64,000 bases of DNA, from positions 43,040,001 through 43,104,000 of the forward strand of contig CP068257.2 of NCBI GenBank assembly GCA_009914755.4, given 5' to 3'. This stretch comes from the human T2T-CHM13v2.0 reference genome, Homo sapiens. The translations under genes were made by a program, and so were the position numbers. The notes beneath the pieces are model-generated. The model made no database searches. It saw only the letters and a program-made list of their open reading frames with translations, and was not told the DNA's origin. Positions 11,850-23,568 of this stretch are shown in pieces (positions within the stretch are counted from its first letter, which is position 1; each line of letters starts with the position of its first letter).

Positions 11850-14800
11850 GTACACTAAGACCCTAAGAACTGAGAGACAGAACATCAAGGACCTATTCAT
11901 CCATATTGTTCCAATTGCAAAAATGCATGAGGACATTATGTATTGATAAAAGATTCAACTCATCAAAGATATGAGAATTAGAAACATATATGCACCATAC
12001 AAAGAGTCCCCACATATATGAAGCAAACATTGACAGAATTCAAGTGAGAAATAGTTCTACAATAGTTGGAGACTTTAATATTTCATTTTCAATAATGAAC
12101 AGAACATCTAGTCAGAAGGTCAATAGGAAATAGAGAACTGAACCCACTATAAACCAGTTACTCACAAAAGATATGTATAGACACTCCACCCAACAACAGC
12201 TTTACTGGTGAATATCACCAAACATTTTTTTAAAATTTAACAAAAACCTCCTCAAGTTGTGAAAGAAAAAAATAGAAGGATCACTTTCTAACTCACTCTG
12301 TGAAGCAAACATTATGCTGATACCAAACCCACATAAGACATCAAAAGAAAAGAAAATCACAGACGAACATGACTTGTAAGTACAGATGCAAAAATTCTCA
12401 ACAAAATACTAGCAAAGTGATTCCAACAGCATATTAAAAGGATTATATACCATGACCAAGTTGGATTTATCCCAGGAATGCAAAGATAGCTCCAGATTAA
12501 AAATAATCAATGTAGTATACCACACGAAGAGAATGAAGTGAAAAAACCCACATGATCTCAATTAACAAAGAAAAGGCTTTGACAAAGTCCAACACCATTT
12601 TATGATTTTAAAACACTCAGAAAACTAGAAATAGAAGGGAATTTCCTCAACATGCTAAACAGCATGTATGAAAAACCCACAGCTTGCATTATACTTGACA
12701 GTGAAAGACTGAAAGCTTTCCCCCTAAGATTAGGAACAAGACAGGATGTCCCTTTTCACCACCAATATTCAACATTGTACTGGAAGTTCTAGCCAGAGCT
12801 ATTAAACAAGAAAAATAAATAAATAAAAGTCATTAAAATTGGAAAGGAAGAAGTAAAATTATTTCTATTCACGGGTGACATGATCATGTCTATAGAAAAT
12901 CCCAAAGAATCCACAAGAAAGCTACTAGAGCTTTATTAAAGAATTCACCAAAGTTTCAGGGTACAAGATCAACATACAAAAATCATGCATGTTTCTATAC
13001 ACCAGCAATGAAAAATCTGATAAGGAAATTAAGAAAAACAATTCCATTTCAATGGCATCCAAAAGAATAAAATACCTAGTAACAAATATAACCAAGGAGG
13101 TAAGAGACTTGTACAATGATAACTGTAAAACATTGCTGAAAGAATTAAAGAAGACCTAAATAAATGGAAAGACATCCATGTTCATGGATTAGAAGACTTA
13201 ATGTTGTTAAAATGGCAGTACTACCCAAAGAAATCTACAGATTCAATGCAGTCCTTATCAAAATTCCAAGTCTTTTTTTTTTCCAGAAATGAAAAAGCTG
13301 ATCTTCAAGCACATATGGATTATAGGAACTCAGAATAGCCAAAACAATCTTGAAAAAGAGGGACAAAGCTGGAGGATTCACACTTCCTAATTTCAAAACA
13401 TACTACAAAGCTACAGTAATCAAAACAGTGTGGTACTGGCCTAAGAACAGACATATGGACCAATAGAATAGAACTCAAAGGTCAGAAATAAACTCATACA
13501 TTTATGGCCAACTGATTTTCAACAAGAGTGTCAAGATAATTCAATAAGGAAAGAATAATCTCTTCAACAAATGGTGTTAGGAAAACTAGATTTACAGATG
13601 GGAAAGAATGAAGTTGGGCCCTTACCTAATATCATATATAAAAATTAACTCTAAATGGATCAATGCCCTAAATATGGTAGCTGGAACCATCAAAATCTTA
13701 GGAGAAAAGATGGGAAAAATGCTTTATTCCCTTGGATTTGACACTAGGTTCTTAGATATTACGCAAGAAGCACCAGCAACAAAAGAAAAAATAAATTGGA
13801 CTTCATCAAAATTTAAAACTTTTTTGAATCAGAGAACACTGTCAAGAAAGTGAAAAGACAATCCACAGAATGAAAGAAAATATTTGCAAATCATACATCT
13901 GACTGTGACTCAACAACAAAAAGACAACCCAACTAAAAAATAGGCAAAAGATTGAGTAGACATTTCTCCAGTGAAGGTATGCAAATGGCCAATAAGTACA
14001 TGAAAAGATGCTCAACAGTATTACTCATTAGGAAAATGGAAATCAAAACCACAATGAATGCTACTTCACACCTACCAGGATGGCTGTAATTTTTTTTTTA
14101 AAGGAAAATAACAAGTGTTGGCAAAGATGTGGAGAAATTGGAACCCTCATACTTTACCAGTGGGAATGTAGAATAGTGCAACCACTGCGGAAACATTTTG
14201 GTGGTTCCTTAAAAGTTAAACATAGAATTACCACATGACTCAGGAAATAAGGAGCACCCAAAAGAACTAAAAATAAGTAAATAAATAAAAAGAGAGAGGC
14301 TCAAATAGATCCTTGTATGTCAACATTCTTTGCAGCATTATTCATAATAGCCAAAAGGTATGAATAACCCAAGTATCTACCAACAGATGAATGGATGAAT
14401 GGATTCACACTTCCCAATTTTAAAACCTACTGCAAAGCTACAGTAATCAAAACAGTGTGGTACTAACATAAGGATAGACACAAAAAGCAATCAAATCTAA
14501 GAGTCCGGAAATAAAGCTATTCATTCACGGTCAACCGATTTTCAACAAGAATGCCAAGACCATTCAATGGAGAAGGAATCATCTCTTCCCCAAATGGTGC
14601 TGGGAAAACTAGATTTCCACATGAAAAGAAACATGTGGTATATCTGTATGAAGGAATATTATTTATCCATAAAAATGAAAGAAGTCCTGACACATATTGC
14701 AACACAGATAAACATTGGAAACATTGTGCCAAGTGAAATAAGTCAGTCACAAAAAAAACAAATATTGTTTGATTCCTCTTACATGAAGTATCTAGAACAG

Positions 14801-15095
14801 GCAACTTCACAGAAACAGAAAGTAGAATAGAAGTGACCAGTGACAGTGGGGAGAAGGAAATGGGGAGTGAATGTTTAATGGGGACAGAGTTTCAGTTCGG
14901 GAAGAAGAAACAGTCCTAGAGGTGAACAGTGGTGGTGGTTGCACAGCACTGTGAATGTACTTAACCCACAGAATTGTTCACTTAAAAATGGTTAAAATGG
15001 TAAATTTTATGCTATGTATATTTTACCACGATGTTTAAAAGATAAAAATAGTTGGCTATTTTATGTTATATATATTTTATCACAAAAAAAACATT
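11850..15095 (+). mobile_element. L1 ORF2-derived block (old L1), composite with an internal segment duplication
   Basis: Frames translate to L1 ORF2 motifs (IVGDFNTPLS..., ...KSLKLGPYLISYIKINSKWI..., NKWCWEN-like). The segment at about 13378-13450 (GGATTCACACTTCC.AATTT.AAAAC.TACTACAAAGCTACAGTAATCAAAACAGTGTGGTACTGGC) recurs at about 14404-14470. This indicates two overlapping L1 pieces or an internal duplication. Confidence 0.75.
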
Positions 15096-17404
15096 TTTAA
15101 AGGCAGTCAAATGGAAGAATATGCAGTTTTAGCACACATGTATTGATAAAGTCATAATAAACAACAATTATTGAGTGCCTATCATGAAAATAATGCACAC
15201 AAGGCTGCAGGTTGTTGACCTTGCTGAGTCTCAGAAAAGTGGCTCGAGTAGCTCGTGGAGGAAGTGGGGAGAAGGCGGCGCTCACAGAGCTTCCCGTGAG
15301 CCGGTGCAGCATGAAGATCGAATAAACCTGCTGAGGACACTCCGGGTGGAATGGCGTATCTTCTAGCTCTTCAATGTCCCTTCTGCTCACACAGAGCATG
15401 GAGGGTCTCCCCTGGACTTGCCCCAAGGGGGGTCGTGCTTTGCCCCAACCCTCCAGGCCTCTGCCACAGGCTGGAGGAGCTGCTTGATGCAGACACTTGA
15501 CCTCGGAGGTGTTTAACCCAGATGTCCCCAGATCCTCTGGCCTTCTGAGGTCACTCTTTATAATCCAAATAAAATAACAAGAGACAGTGCCCTCCAAACT
15601 GTGGGGAACCTATCCAGCCTCCCCCGACCCCACCCCAACTCCTGTGGCTTTGGGGCATTCACACTCTCCTGGTCCTGTCCTGGCACCCTTGCTCCCACTG
15701 GACTGGACGCTGTGCTGTCTCTCAGGTACGCAAGTGCACCACAGACTCTGATATGTACAGAACAGGCCCCTGGGTCTCGGTCCCCAAAGCACCTCTTCTC
15801 AGACCTTCTACTGAGAGGTCGGGGGTCGGGTCATGACACACAGCAGGAAATGAATGCACGACTCAGGCCAGAGGCATCAGCTGGTCCTCCCTCCCTTGGG
15901 CCTCTCCCTGGCCATGCCCCAACCTGGCTCACACTCCCTCAGGGTTGCAATGACCTCCGATCCCAAGACCCTTTTCCCAAGTCCAATTTTTCCTCCAAGT
16001 TCCTGGTCCCTTGTGGTGGGCCAGTTTATTCAGCTTAGGAGAAATGATTGTTAAATATTCAGAATCTTCTCAAGCAGGTTGTTAAACTGCTCATAGCTTG
16101 AAATCAGCCAGGATATGAATATTTACACCACGGATGACAGCTAACACTCCACGCCAGGGTTCTCATCTCACCGCAGCGGGACAGGGGTACACGCCACACA
16201 CCAGGGTTTCATCTCATCACAGGGTAATGTTTACAACGCAGAGACCAGCAGACACCACACACCAGGGCTTTTCACTTCAAGGGGCCCATCCACCACACAC
16301 CTCGAGCCCTCACCTGCTGGTCACTGCCTGTGGGCCTGAAGCCCTCCAACTTTCCAGGCAGAGCCAAGCAGCTCTCCCTTAATCTCAGGATCCTCCAGGC
16401 TAGATGAGCCCTGGGGCTCTAGAGTCCTCAACCACAAAGGCTGCCGAATGTCTTCTTCTCAAAATTAAAAACAATTCACTTCCCATAAAGAAATCTTTCA
16501 ACCTCCTAGAACAACCCCTCTGAACTCTGAACTGGACCTTCCCTTCACAATAATGTTTTTTCACATTCCCACTCATAAATAAACCCAAATCCTCTCTCTT
16601 TAGATGGAAGGAGCTCCTTTTTTATAGCTAGACCCAACCGTCTGGGCACCCATCAGATATTTTCACATCAATCCCACACCGCCATGTCTAAATCATGCTC
16701 CGCCCCGCTCTTCTCACACAATCTGGGTTTCTCATTCTGATTTCCCACGTCCCTTGCTCTCTGAGGCAGCAGAGGTTAATGGCTAAGAACATAGAATACG
16801 GGCCTGCCAGGCCTCCAGTGCATGCTCCTCTGCCTGCTGGTGCAGCCTTTTGCACAAGTTCTTCATTGTGACTCAGTTTCTCCATCTGTAGAGTGGGGAT
16901 AATAACAGCCCCTACTTTACAAGGTTGATGTATGGGTTAGTGAGGTCATATTTACAAACTTGCTCAGAATACTTCCTGACACACAGCAAGACCTATCACA
17001 TGACTGTTTGCCGAAAAAAATAAAAATAAATCCAGCTCCCAAGCCATTCATTGGTCTACGGATTCAAGATAAAGAGAATATAAAACAAGAAGAAAAACAT
17101 CCTTGACTCAACTGAGTGTGAAGAAATTAGGGGGAAATAATAGTAAGCAATACCAAATGACAATCACAGAGGGGCGGCCAAGGGCTGCTGACCTTCTGTG
17201 GTCCACGCAGAGGCTGGGCTCCAGCCCATTGGCCGGCTCCCTCCACGGCCCCACGGTCCCGCTCAGTTCTGACACCTGGGGAGCTTCAGGAGCTAAGCTA
17301 CGCTACACGGTTCATGGTGAGCATCCTCAAGAAACCACCCCAAACACCAACAAGGAAAGAAGCCTGGGGCCTTGTGCTGGGACAACACACACACCCTTGA
17401 GAGA

Positions 17405-17412
17405 TATATAAG
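17405..17412 (+). promoter_or_regulatory. TATA box (TATATAAG) of the KRTAP10-family gene
   Basis: GAGATATATAAGCTCC about 235 nt upstream of the ATG. KAP genes are TATA-driven single-exon genes. Confidence 0.6.
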
Positions 17413-17417
17413 CTCCT

Positions 17418-17611
17418 AGCACCCAGACACTCACTCACTCCCTCCTTCCCATCCAGCACCCAGACGCTCACTCACTCCCTCCCTCCTGCCCATCCAGCAC
17501 CCAGACGCTCACTCACTCCCTCCCTCCTGCCCATCCAGCACCCAGACACTCACTCACTCCCTCCTTCCCATCCAGCACCCAGACACTCACTGTCTCCCTC
17601 TCAGCTCCCCC
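17418..17611 (+). repeat. Minisatellite: 37-41 bp unit x about 5 between the TATA box and the ATG (5' leader)
   Basis: AGCACCCAGAC(A/G)CTCACTCACTCCCTCC(C)T(CCTG)CCCATCC repeated at 17418, 17455, 17496, 17537 and 17574. The last copy is degenerate. Confidence 0.9.
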
Positions 17612-17641
17612 AGCTCAACCCCCAGCACGGCTGCATCCACC

Positions 17642-18379
17642 ATGTCCGTCTGCTCCAGCGACCTGAGCTATGGCAGCCGCGTCTGCCTTCCTGGTTCCTG
17701 TGACTCTTGCTCCGACTCCTGGCAGGTGGACGACTGCCCAGAGAGCTGCTGTGAGCCCCCCTGCTGCGCCCCGGCCCCCTGCCTGAGCCTGGTCTGCACC
17801 CCAGTGAGCCGTGTATCCAGCCCCTGCTGCCGAGTGACCTGTGAGCCCAGCCCCTGCCAATCAGGCTGCACCAGCTCCTGCACGCCCTCGTGCTGCCAGC
17901 AGTCTAGCTGCCAGCCGGCTTGCTGCACCTCCTCCCCCTGCCAGCAGGCCTGCTGCGTGCCCGTCTGCTGCAAGACTGTCTGCTGCAAGCCTGTGTGCTG
18001 TATGCCCGTCTGCTGTGGGCCTTCTTCTTCATGCTGCCAGCAGTCTAGCTGCCAGCCAGCTTGCTGCATCTCCTCCCCGTGTCAACAGTCCTGCTGTGTG
18101 CCCGTCTGCTGCAAGCCCATCTGCTGTGTGCCTGTCTGCTCTGGGGCCTCCTCTCTGTGCTGCCAGCAGTCTAGCTGCCAGCCAGCTTGCTGCACCACCT
18201 CCTGCTGCAGACCCTCCTCCTCCGTGTCCCTCCTCTGCCGCCCTGTGTGCAGACCCGCCCGCCGCGTGCCCGTCCCCTCCTGCTGTGTCCCCACCTCCTC
18301 CTGCCAGCCAAGCTGCGGCCGCCTGGCCTCCTGCGGGTCCCTCCTCTGCCGCCCCACATGTTCCCGCCTGGCCTGCTGA
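17642..18379 (+). CDS. KRTAP10-12: Keratin-associated protein 10 family member, 245 aa, single exon, ultra-high-sulfur hair KAP
   Basis: ORF reads MSVCSSDLSYGSRVCLPGSCDSCSDSWQVDDCPESCCEPPCCAPAPC...CCQQSSCQPACC...CCVPVCCKPVCC...LLCRPTCSRLAC*. Repeated CCQPS/CCVPV/CCKPV pentapeptides. Upstream TATA and downstream AATAAA. Length 245 aa and position next to a KRTAP12 gene and the TSPEAR 5' end fit KRTAP10-12. Confidence 0.85.
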   Translation: MSVCSSDLSYGSRVCLPGSCDSCSDSWQVDDCPESCCEPPCCAPAPCLSLVCTPVSRVSSPCCRVTCEPSPCQSGCTSSCTPSCCQQSSCQPACCTSSPCQQACCVPVCCKTVCCKPVCCMPVCCGPSSSCCQQSSCQPACCISSPCQQSCCVPVCCKPICCVPVCSGASSLCCQQSSCQPACCTTSCCRPSSSVSLLCRPVCRPARRVPVPSCCVPTSSCQPSCGRLASCGSLLCRPTCSRLAC

Positions 18380-18690
18380 GGCCTCTGCTCAGGCCAGAAG
18401 TCCAGCTGCTGCCAGGCATGTCCCCCAGGGCCACTGGGCACTATGAGTCCCCCACCTCTCCCACTACTGGCCCCTCGGCTGCTCTGGTGTCTGTCTCTTC
18501 CTTGGAGATGCGTGCACAGCCTCTCTTCCCCTAAGCCCTGGGGGCTCCTGCTAAGCTCCAGATGACCCTGCCTCCACCCACTCCCCCGGCTCTTCCAGAC
18601 CACTTCCCACATTCCAGGCCCCTGTGGTCTCGCCTCCTTGGCAGCTGCTGTGCCTCCTCTGGCCATTGTAGGACCATGCTTGGAAGTCCT

Positions 18691-18696
18691 AATAAA
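18691..18696 (+). other. Poly(A) signal AATAAA for the KRTAP10 gene
   Basis: GTCCTAATAAACACC 312 nt after the stop codon. Confidence 0.6.
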
Positions 18697-19307
18697 CACC
18701 CTCCACGTAGCCCGGCTGCACTTTGCTCTCTTCTTTGAGTCATTTCTGGTTGAATTGCTGACCAGCCCGACAGGAGGCCAGGACACAGATGCAGCCTCCT
18801 GGGGCCCTCGCGCCCAGCCTCAGCCCTTCTCCAGGCCCCAACACACATTAGTCTGGCACTGGTGCCGTCCCCGCAGGAATGTACCAGTCCCAGGGAGGGT
18901 CAACGGAGCGGCCGTCCCCACCCCAGCCCAGCAGGCAAGTCCGTCTCCCAGGGCCCTGATGGGCGAGTGTCAGAGGTGGCAGCGGGGTCACTCGCAGGCA
19001 CAGCCGCCCCCACCGCCCCACATTTCCCCGCCAAGTTGCCAGTCCCTGCCAAGTGGGGGCTGGCTGGACACGGAGTCCTGGTTGCAGACAGAGAGGATGG
19101 CTCGCTCCACCTGCAGCCCAGCCCCTCAGTCCTCACAGGGAGATTCAGAGTCCCGGGACAAGCGTCCAGGCTCAGCTGCCAAACCTCTCCCACCTCTCCA
19201 GATCCAGAAGCGGTCCACTTCCTTCTACTGCCCCTACAACTCCCGTGTCTGAAGCCTACTGCCCAGATCATGAATATCTTGAAGTCTCTTCTAACAGAAA
19301 ATAGATA

Positions 19308-19660
19308 AAGCTCCAGCCGGGGCAACAGAGTGAAACCTTGTCTCCATTAAAAATAAAAAGGCCAGGCGTGTGGCTCAGGCCTGCAGTCCCAGCATTTTGG
19401 GAGACTGAGGCAGGAAGATCACTTGAGCCCAGGAATTCGAGACCAGCCTGGCCAACATAGTGAGACCTTGTCTCTAAAAATACAAAAATTAGCAGGGCAT
19501 CATGGCACGCGCCTGTGGTACCACCTACCCGGGAAGCGGAAGCAGAAGAATCACTTGAGCCGGGAGGCGGAGGGTGCAGTGAGCTGAGATTGTACCACTG
19601 CACTCCAGCCTGGACGACAGAGTGAGACCCTGTCTCAAAAAATTAATTAATTAATTAAAG
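19308..19660 (+). mobile_element. Alu 3' fragment (19308-19359) followed by a full Alu (19360-19660)
   Basis: ...GGGCAACAGAGTGAAACCTTGTCTCCATTAAAAATAAAAA then GGCCAGGCGTGTGGCTCAGGCCTGCAGTCCCAGCATTTTGGGAG... Confidence 0.85.
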
Positions 19661-19670
19661 TAAAAAATAC

Positions 19671-19839
<169 letters not shown>

Positions 19840-21781
19840 GGGTTGGGGAAAGAAAAGGGGTGCAGCCGAAGGCCCCTCCCTCCTGACTGCAGCCTCTGAC
19901 TCAGTGCTGCCTTGCACCTCCCAGAGGAAGTGGGTCCTGGTGACCCCATCTCACCCCCAGCTCCTCCAACACACCGTTCTTCTCTTCCCTCTTCCCACAG
20001 CTGGCCAAGAACTGCGGTGCTCAGGTCGCTCTCCCTCTGTCCCTCACTCTGCCGGCCAGCCCCTGCTGCGCCTGGCCCTGTAACGCCGTCTCCCTGGGCT
20101 TCTGGGATGCGTCTGTCTCAGCTCCTGCACCCACTCCTCTGACTTTTCTCTATGTGCGTTCTCTCCCTGCCCCCAAACTCCAGGTCTCCAACCAGGTGCC
20201 TCCCCTGGGCTCCCAGCCACGCTTACGGCGGCCTCCAGGTGTGCCCCCAGACCGAAGGGAAGCTGCATCTGGGCACATCTGAAGCTGAGCTAGCGTCTTC
20301 CTCCAAACTGCCCTCTCCCCTGACCGGCTGGGGCAGCTGGACTCCACCCCGTCCCCCGCCCTGCCCTGGCCCTGCCATCTTCACTGAGCTGCCAGATATC
20401 TTTGGGGTCTGCCCTGCCTCTCCCCTCCACCATTTCTTTAGCTTAGGGTGATTTGCTAAACAGCTCTGGGCCAGCAGGGCTGCCAACAGTCCTGTCCACA
20501 GGTAAGAGCATCCTAGGAGACGCCCCGTGCTTTGAGAGTGCCCCATGACAACAGAGATTCTTCTACAGAATTTTTTTTGGAAGAAAGCATGTTCTTTGTC
20601 CAAGAGAAGATGCTGATTTTGGAGAAAGATAGGAAGAACTTGGTGACTTCAGGCGACACTCTGCCTTCCAGTCCAGGGTTCCACCACCAGGAAGGCTGGA
20701 GAGCAGGAAGAAAAGGGCTGGCAGCACAAAGGCTGGGGTCGTGCTGGGTGTCACGTGTGCTTGGCAGGGAGAGCCGTTCCTCTGTCCTTGCTGGGGCCCC
20801 TCCTCTGCCGACCCCCAGTGCAGTCCCTCAGCCCATCCCTGCAATCCCTCAGCGATGAAGGACCGGAGAGAGGAGGCCAGTCCACACGAGAAGAGCCGAG
20901 GGAGCAGAGACTTCCCAGAACCCCCCTTGCCAACCAAACAGCACACAGTGAGAGGGGCCTGGAGGCCCCGGGGGTGCCGCATGAGGCCTTCTATTTTGTC
21001 AGAAATTCACGATATCCATGAAGTCCGTGGTTTGAATCTGCCTTGGGGCCGGGCAGTGGGAACTTCACGGTTAAAGAACTCCTGGGGGCCCTGAAGCCTC
21101 AGCCCCTCAGCAGTGTCTGGTTAAACCCACCTGCAGCAGGGAAACCTTCCACCTAAAGGCATCCCAGGCTTGCCAGGCTTGAGAGGAAATTCAGGTGTCA
21201 CTGTTAAGCCTGATACTGCCTCGTGGCCAATAAAAACAGTGGCTGACCTTCAGGAAGCCTTCGTGACCTGTTTTGAACCACGTAATCCTCACGTGGCCTT
21301 GTGGGGTGAGTGGACCATGACCCCATCTTGCAGAAAAGGAAACCGCAGCCCATAGGGTGATATTCCAAGGTCGTGCAAGCCAAGTCAGAGGTGAGAGGTG
21401 GACAGAGGCAGAAACCAACAGAACCCTGGGAAAGGGTGTGGTGGTGAAATGACACCCCCCAGACGATGTCCCTACCCTCATCCCTGGAACCTGTGAATCT
21501 GCCCTTATAGTGAGGAAAAGCACTTTGCAGATTGATTAGATTGCTGATTAAGATCCTTAAACATTTTTTAAACCGACACATCATTATTGTACATATCCAT
21601 GGAGTTCCCAGTGACGCTTCCATAGGGACAGCGCGGAGTGGTCGGGCCGGGGTGCCCAGAGCTCCCACCATCTCAAACACGGACTGTTTCTCTCTGCGGG
21701 GAACATTCGATACCTTCCTTCCAGCGACGTGAAACGATATATTCTTGCTGATTTACAGTCATCCTACAGTGCTATCTAGAA

Positions 21782-22291
21782 CAGCGGTCCCCAACCTTCA
21801 TGGCACCAGGGACCAGTTTTGTGGTAGACAACTTTTCCACGGACTGGGGAGGGGGATGGTTTGGGGATGATTCAAGCGCATTACATTTATTGTGCACTGT
21901 CTTTCCATTATTACATTGTAATTTATAACGAAATAATCATACAACTCACCATCATGTCAAATCAGTGGGAGCCCTGAGCTTGTTTTCCTGCAACCAGATG
22001 GTCCCGTCTGGGGGTGATGGGAGACAGGGGCAGACCATCAGGCATTAGATTCTCACAAGGAGCAACAGAGACCCCTGGCATGTGCAGTTCACAGCGGGGT
22101 TCGTGGTCCTCTGAGGATCCAGTGCTTCCACTGATCTGGCAGGAGGCGGAGCTCGGGTGGTAAAGCTCACTCACCTGCCACTCCCCTCCGGCTGTAAAGC
22201 TCACTCACCTGCCACTCCCCTCCGGCTGTAAAGCTCAGTTCCTAACAGGCCACGGCTGTAGTGGTCCCCGTCCCGGGGTTGGGACCCCCTG
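21782..22291. mobile_element. TIR-bounded non-autonomous DNA-transposon-like element (MER-type) with an internal 33-bp tandem duplication
   Basis: Termini CAGCGGTCCCCAACC...GGTTGGGACCCCCTG are inverted repeats. The body matches a common human MITE-like consensus (GGCACCAGGGACC.GTTT.GTGG.AGACAA.TTTTCCACGGAC.GGG). CTGTAAAGCTCACTCACCTGCCACTCCCCTCCGG is duplicated at 22181-22247. Confidence 0.5.
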
Positions 22292-22674
22292 CTATAGAAC
22301 ACTAGAACGTGTCCCCCCTGAGCAGCTGCAATTCTGTGTCTTTCGGCAAGTCTCTCCCTATCCTCCCTGCCCTGTCCTTCCACACTCCAGCATCTCCTGC
22401 CCTGTTTTCCTTCCGTGAGATCCACGTTCTCTGTCCTCTATCTCTGAGCCAAGTTCAGAGCCCTGAGATATGAGATGATCCTGGCTTAGCCAGAGAGACC
22501 CTAAGTGCCGTCACACACGTTCCTATGAGAGGGAGGCAGGGAAACTTCACCCAGGAGAGGCAGCGTCCACATGAGCACAGGGGTGGAGACTGAAGCGATG
22601 GAGCAGAGACCACCATCCACCCCACAGAGCAAAAGCTCCAGAGGAACAAAGGGGCCTCCCTGAGCCAGTGCTTC

Positions 22675-23209
22675 CACCAACTCCTGGCAGGTGGACGACT
22701 GCCCGGAGAGCTGCTGCGAGCCCCCCTGCTGCGCCGCCAGCTGCTGTGCCCCGGCCCCCTGCCTGACCCTGGTCTGCACCCCAGTGAGCTGTGTGTCCAG
22801 CCCCTGCTGCCAGGCAGCCTGTGAGCCCAGCTCCTGCACGCCCTTGTGCTGCCAGCCGTCTAGCTGCCAGCCAGCTTGCTGCACCTCCTCCCCAAGCCAG
22901 CAGTCCTGCTGTGTGCCCGTCTGCTGCAAGCCTGTCTGTTGCAAGCCCGTCTGCTGTGTGCCTGTCTGCTCTGGGGCTTCCTCCCTGTGCTGCCAGCAGT
23001 CTAGCTGCCAGCCGGCTTGCTGCACTTCCTCCTGCTGCAGACCCTCCTCCTCTGTGTCCCTCCTCTGCCACCCTGTGTGCAGGCCCACCTGCTGCATGCC
23101 CGTCCCCTCCTGTTGTGCACCCGCCTTCTCCTGCCAGCCCAGCTGCTGCCACCCAGCCTCCTGCGTGTCCCTCCTCTGCCGCCCTGTGTGCTCCCACCTG
23201 GCCTGCTGA
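22675..23209 (+). pseudogene. 5'-truncated KRTAP10-family pseudogene copy
   Basis: Homology to the KRTAP10 CDS starts inside the coding region (..SWQVDDCPESCCEPPCC...) and runs to ...SLLCRPVCSHLAC* with the stop at 23207-23209. There is an in-frame TGA at 22661. No ATG precedes the near-C-terminal Met, and there is no TATA box. The 3' UTR homology continues after the stop (GGCCTCTGCTCAGGCCAGAAG.CCAGCT...). Confidence 0.8.
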
Positions 23210-23568
23210 GGCCTCTGCTCAGGCCAGAAGCCCAGCTACTGACGGGCACGTCCCCCAGGGCCAGCCAGGCTCAGGTTCCCCCCAACCTCTCCCACTGCTG
23301 ACCTCTCAGCACACGCACTAGTACACACCGCACTGGTACACACCACAGTGTGCAAGCTGGCTGACCTCATACCCTACAACCACGGCTTACCTATCCACTA
23401 CCTCCAAGCCAGGCCCAGGAAACCATGAGACAGCCCTCTCCTATTATTGAAGGGCCCCGGGTGTTCCCTGGTGGAATATTCCCCCATAGCCACAGGAGGT
23501 CCCTGGCCCCCCCTGCCCTTCTCCTCCAAGCCATTGGCCGCCCTTGCCCACCACGTGCCTTGCACAAT

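Noticed and set aside
17418-17611. Possible CRISPR-like array (direct repeats of about 37-41 bp)
   Set aside because: The units are contiguous with no unique spacers, the context is a eukaryotic gene leader, and no cas genes are present. It is a minisatellite.
18082-18786. 234-aa minus-strand ORF (Q/G/R-rich, QQAGWQLDCWQH repeats) antisense to the KRTAP10 gene, plus similar ORFs at 17668-18069, 17841-18446, 18171-18434 and 18187-18534
   Set aside because: These are reverse-complement or frame-shifted readings of the CTGCTGC pentapeptide repeat. Open frames are expected from composition, there is no start or regulatory context, and KAP loci are single-exon, single-frame genes.
22501-23197. 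198-aa and 216-aa minus-strand ORFs and the 176-aa/94-aa plus alternative frames over the KRTAP10 pseudogene
   Set aside because: The same compositional artefact as above, over the truncated copy.
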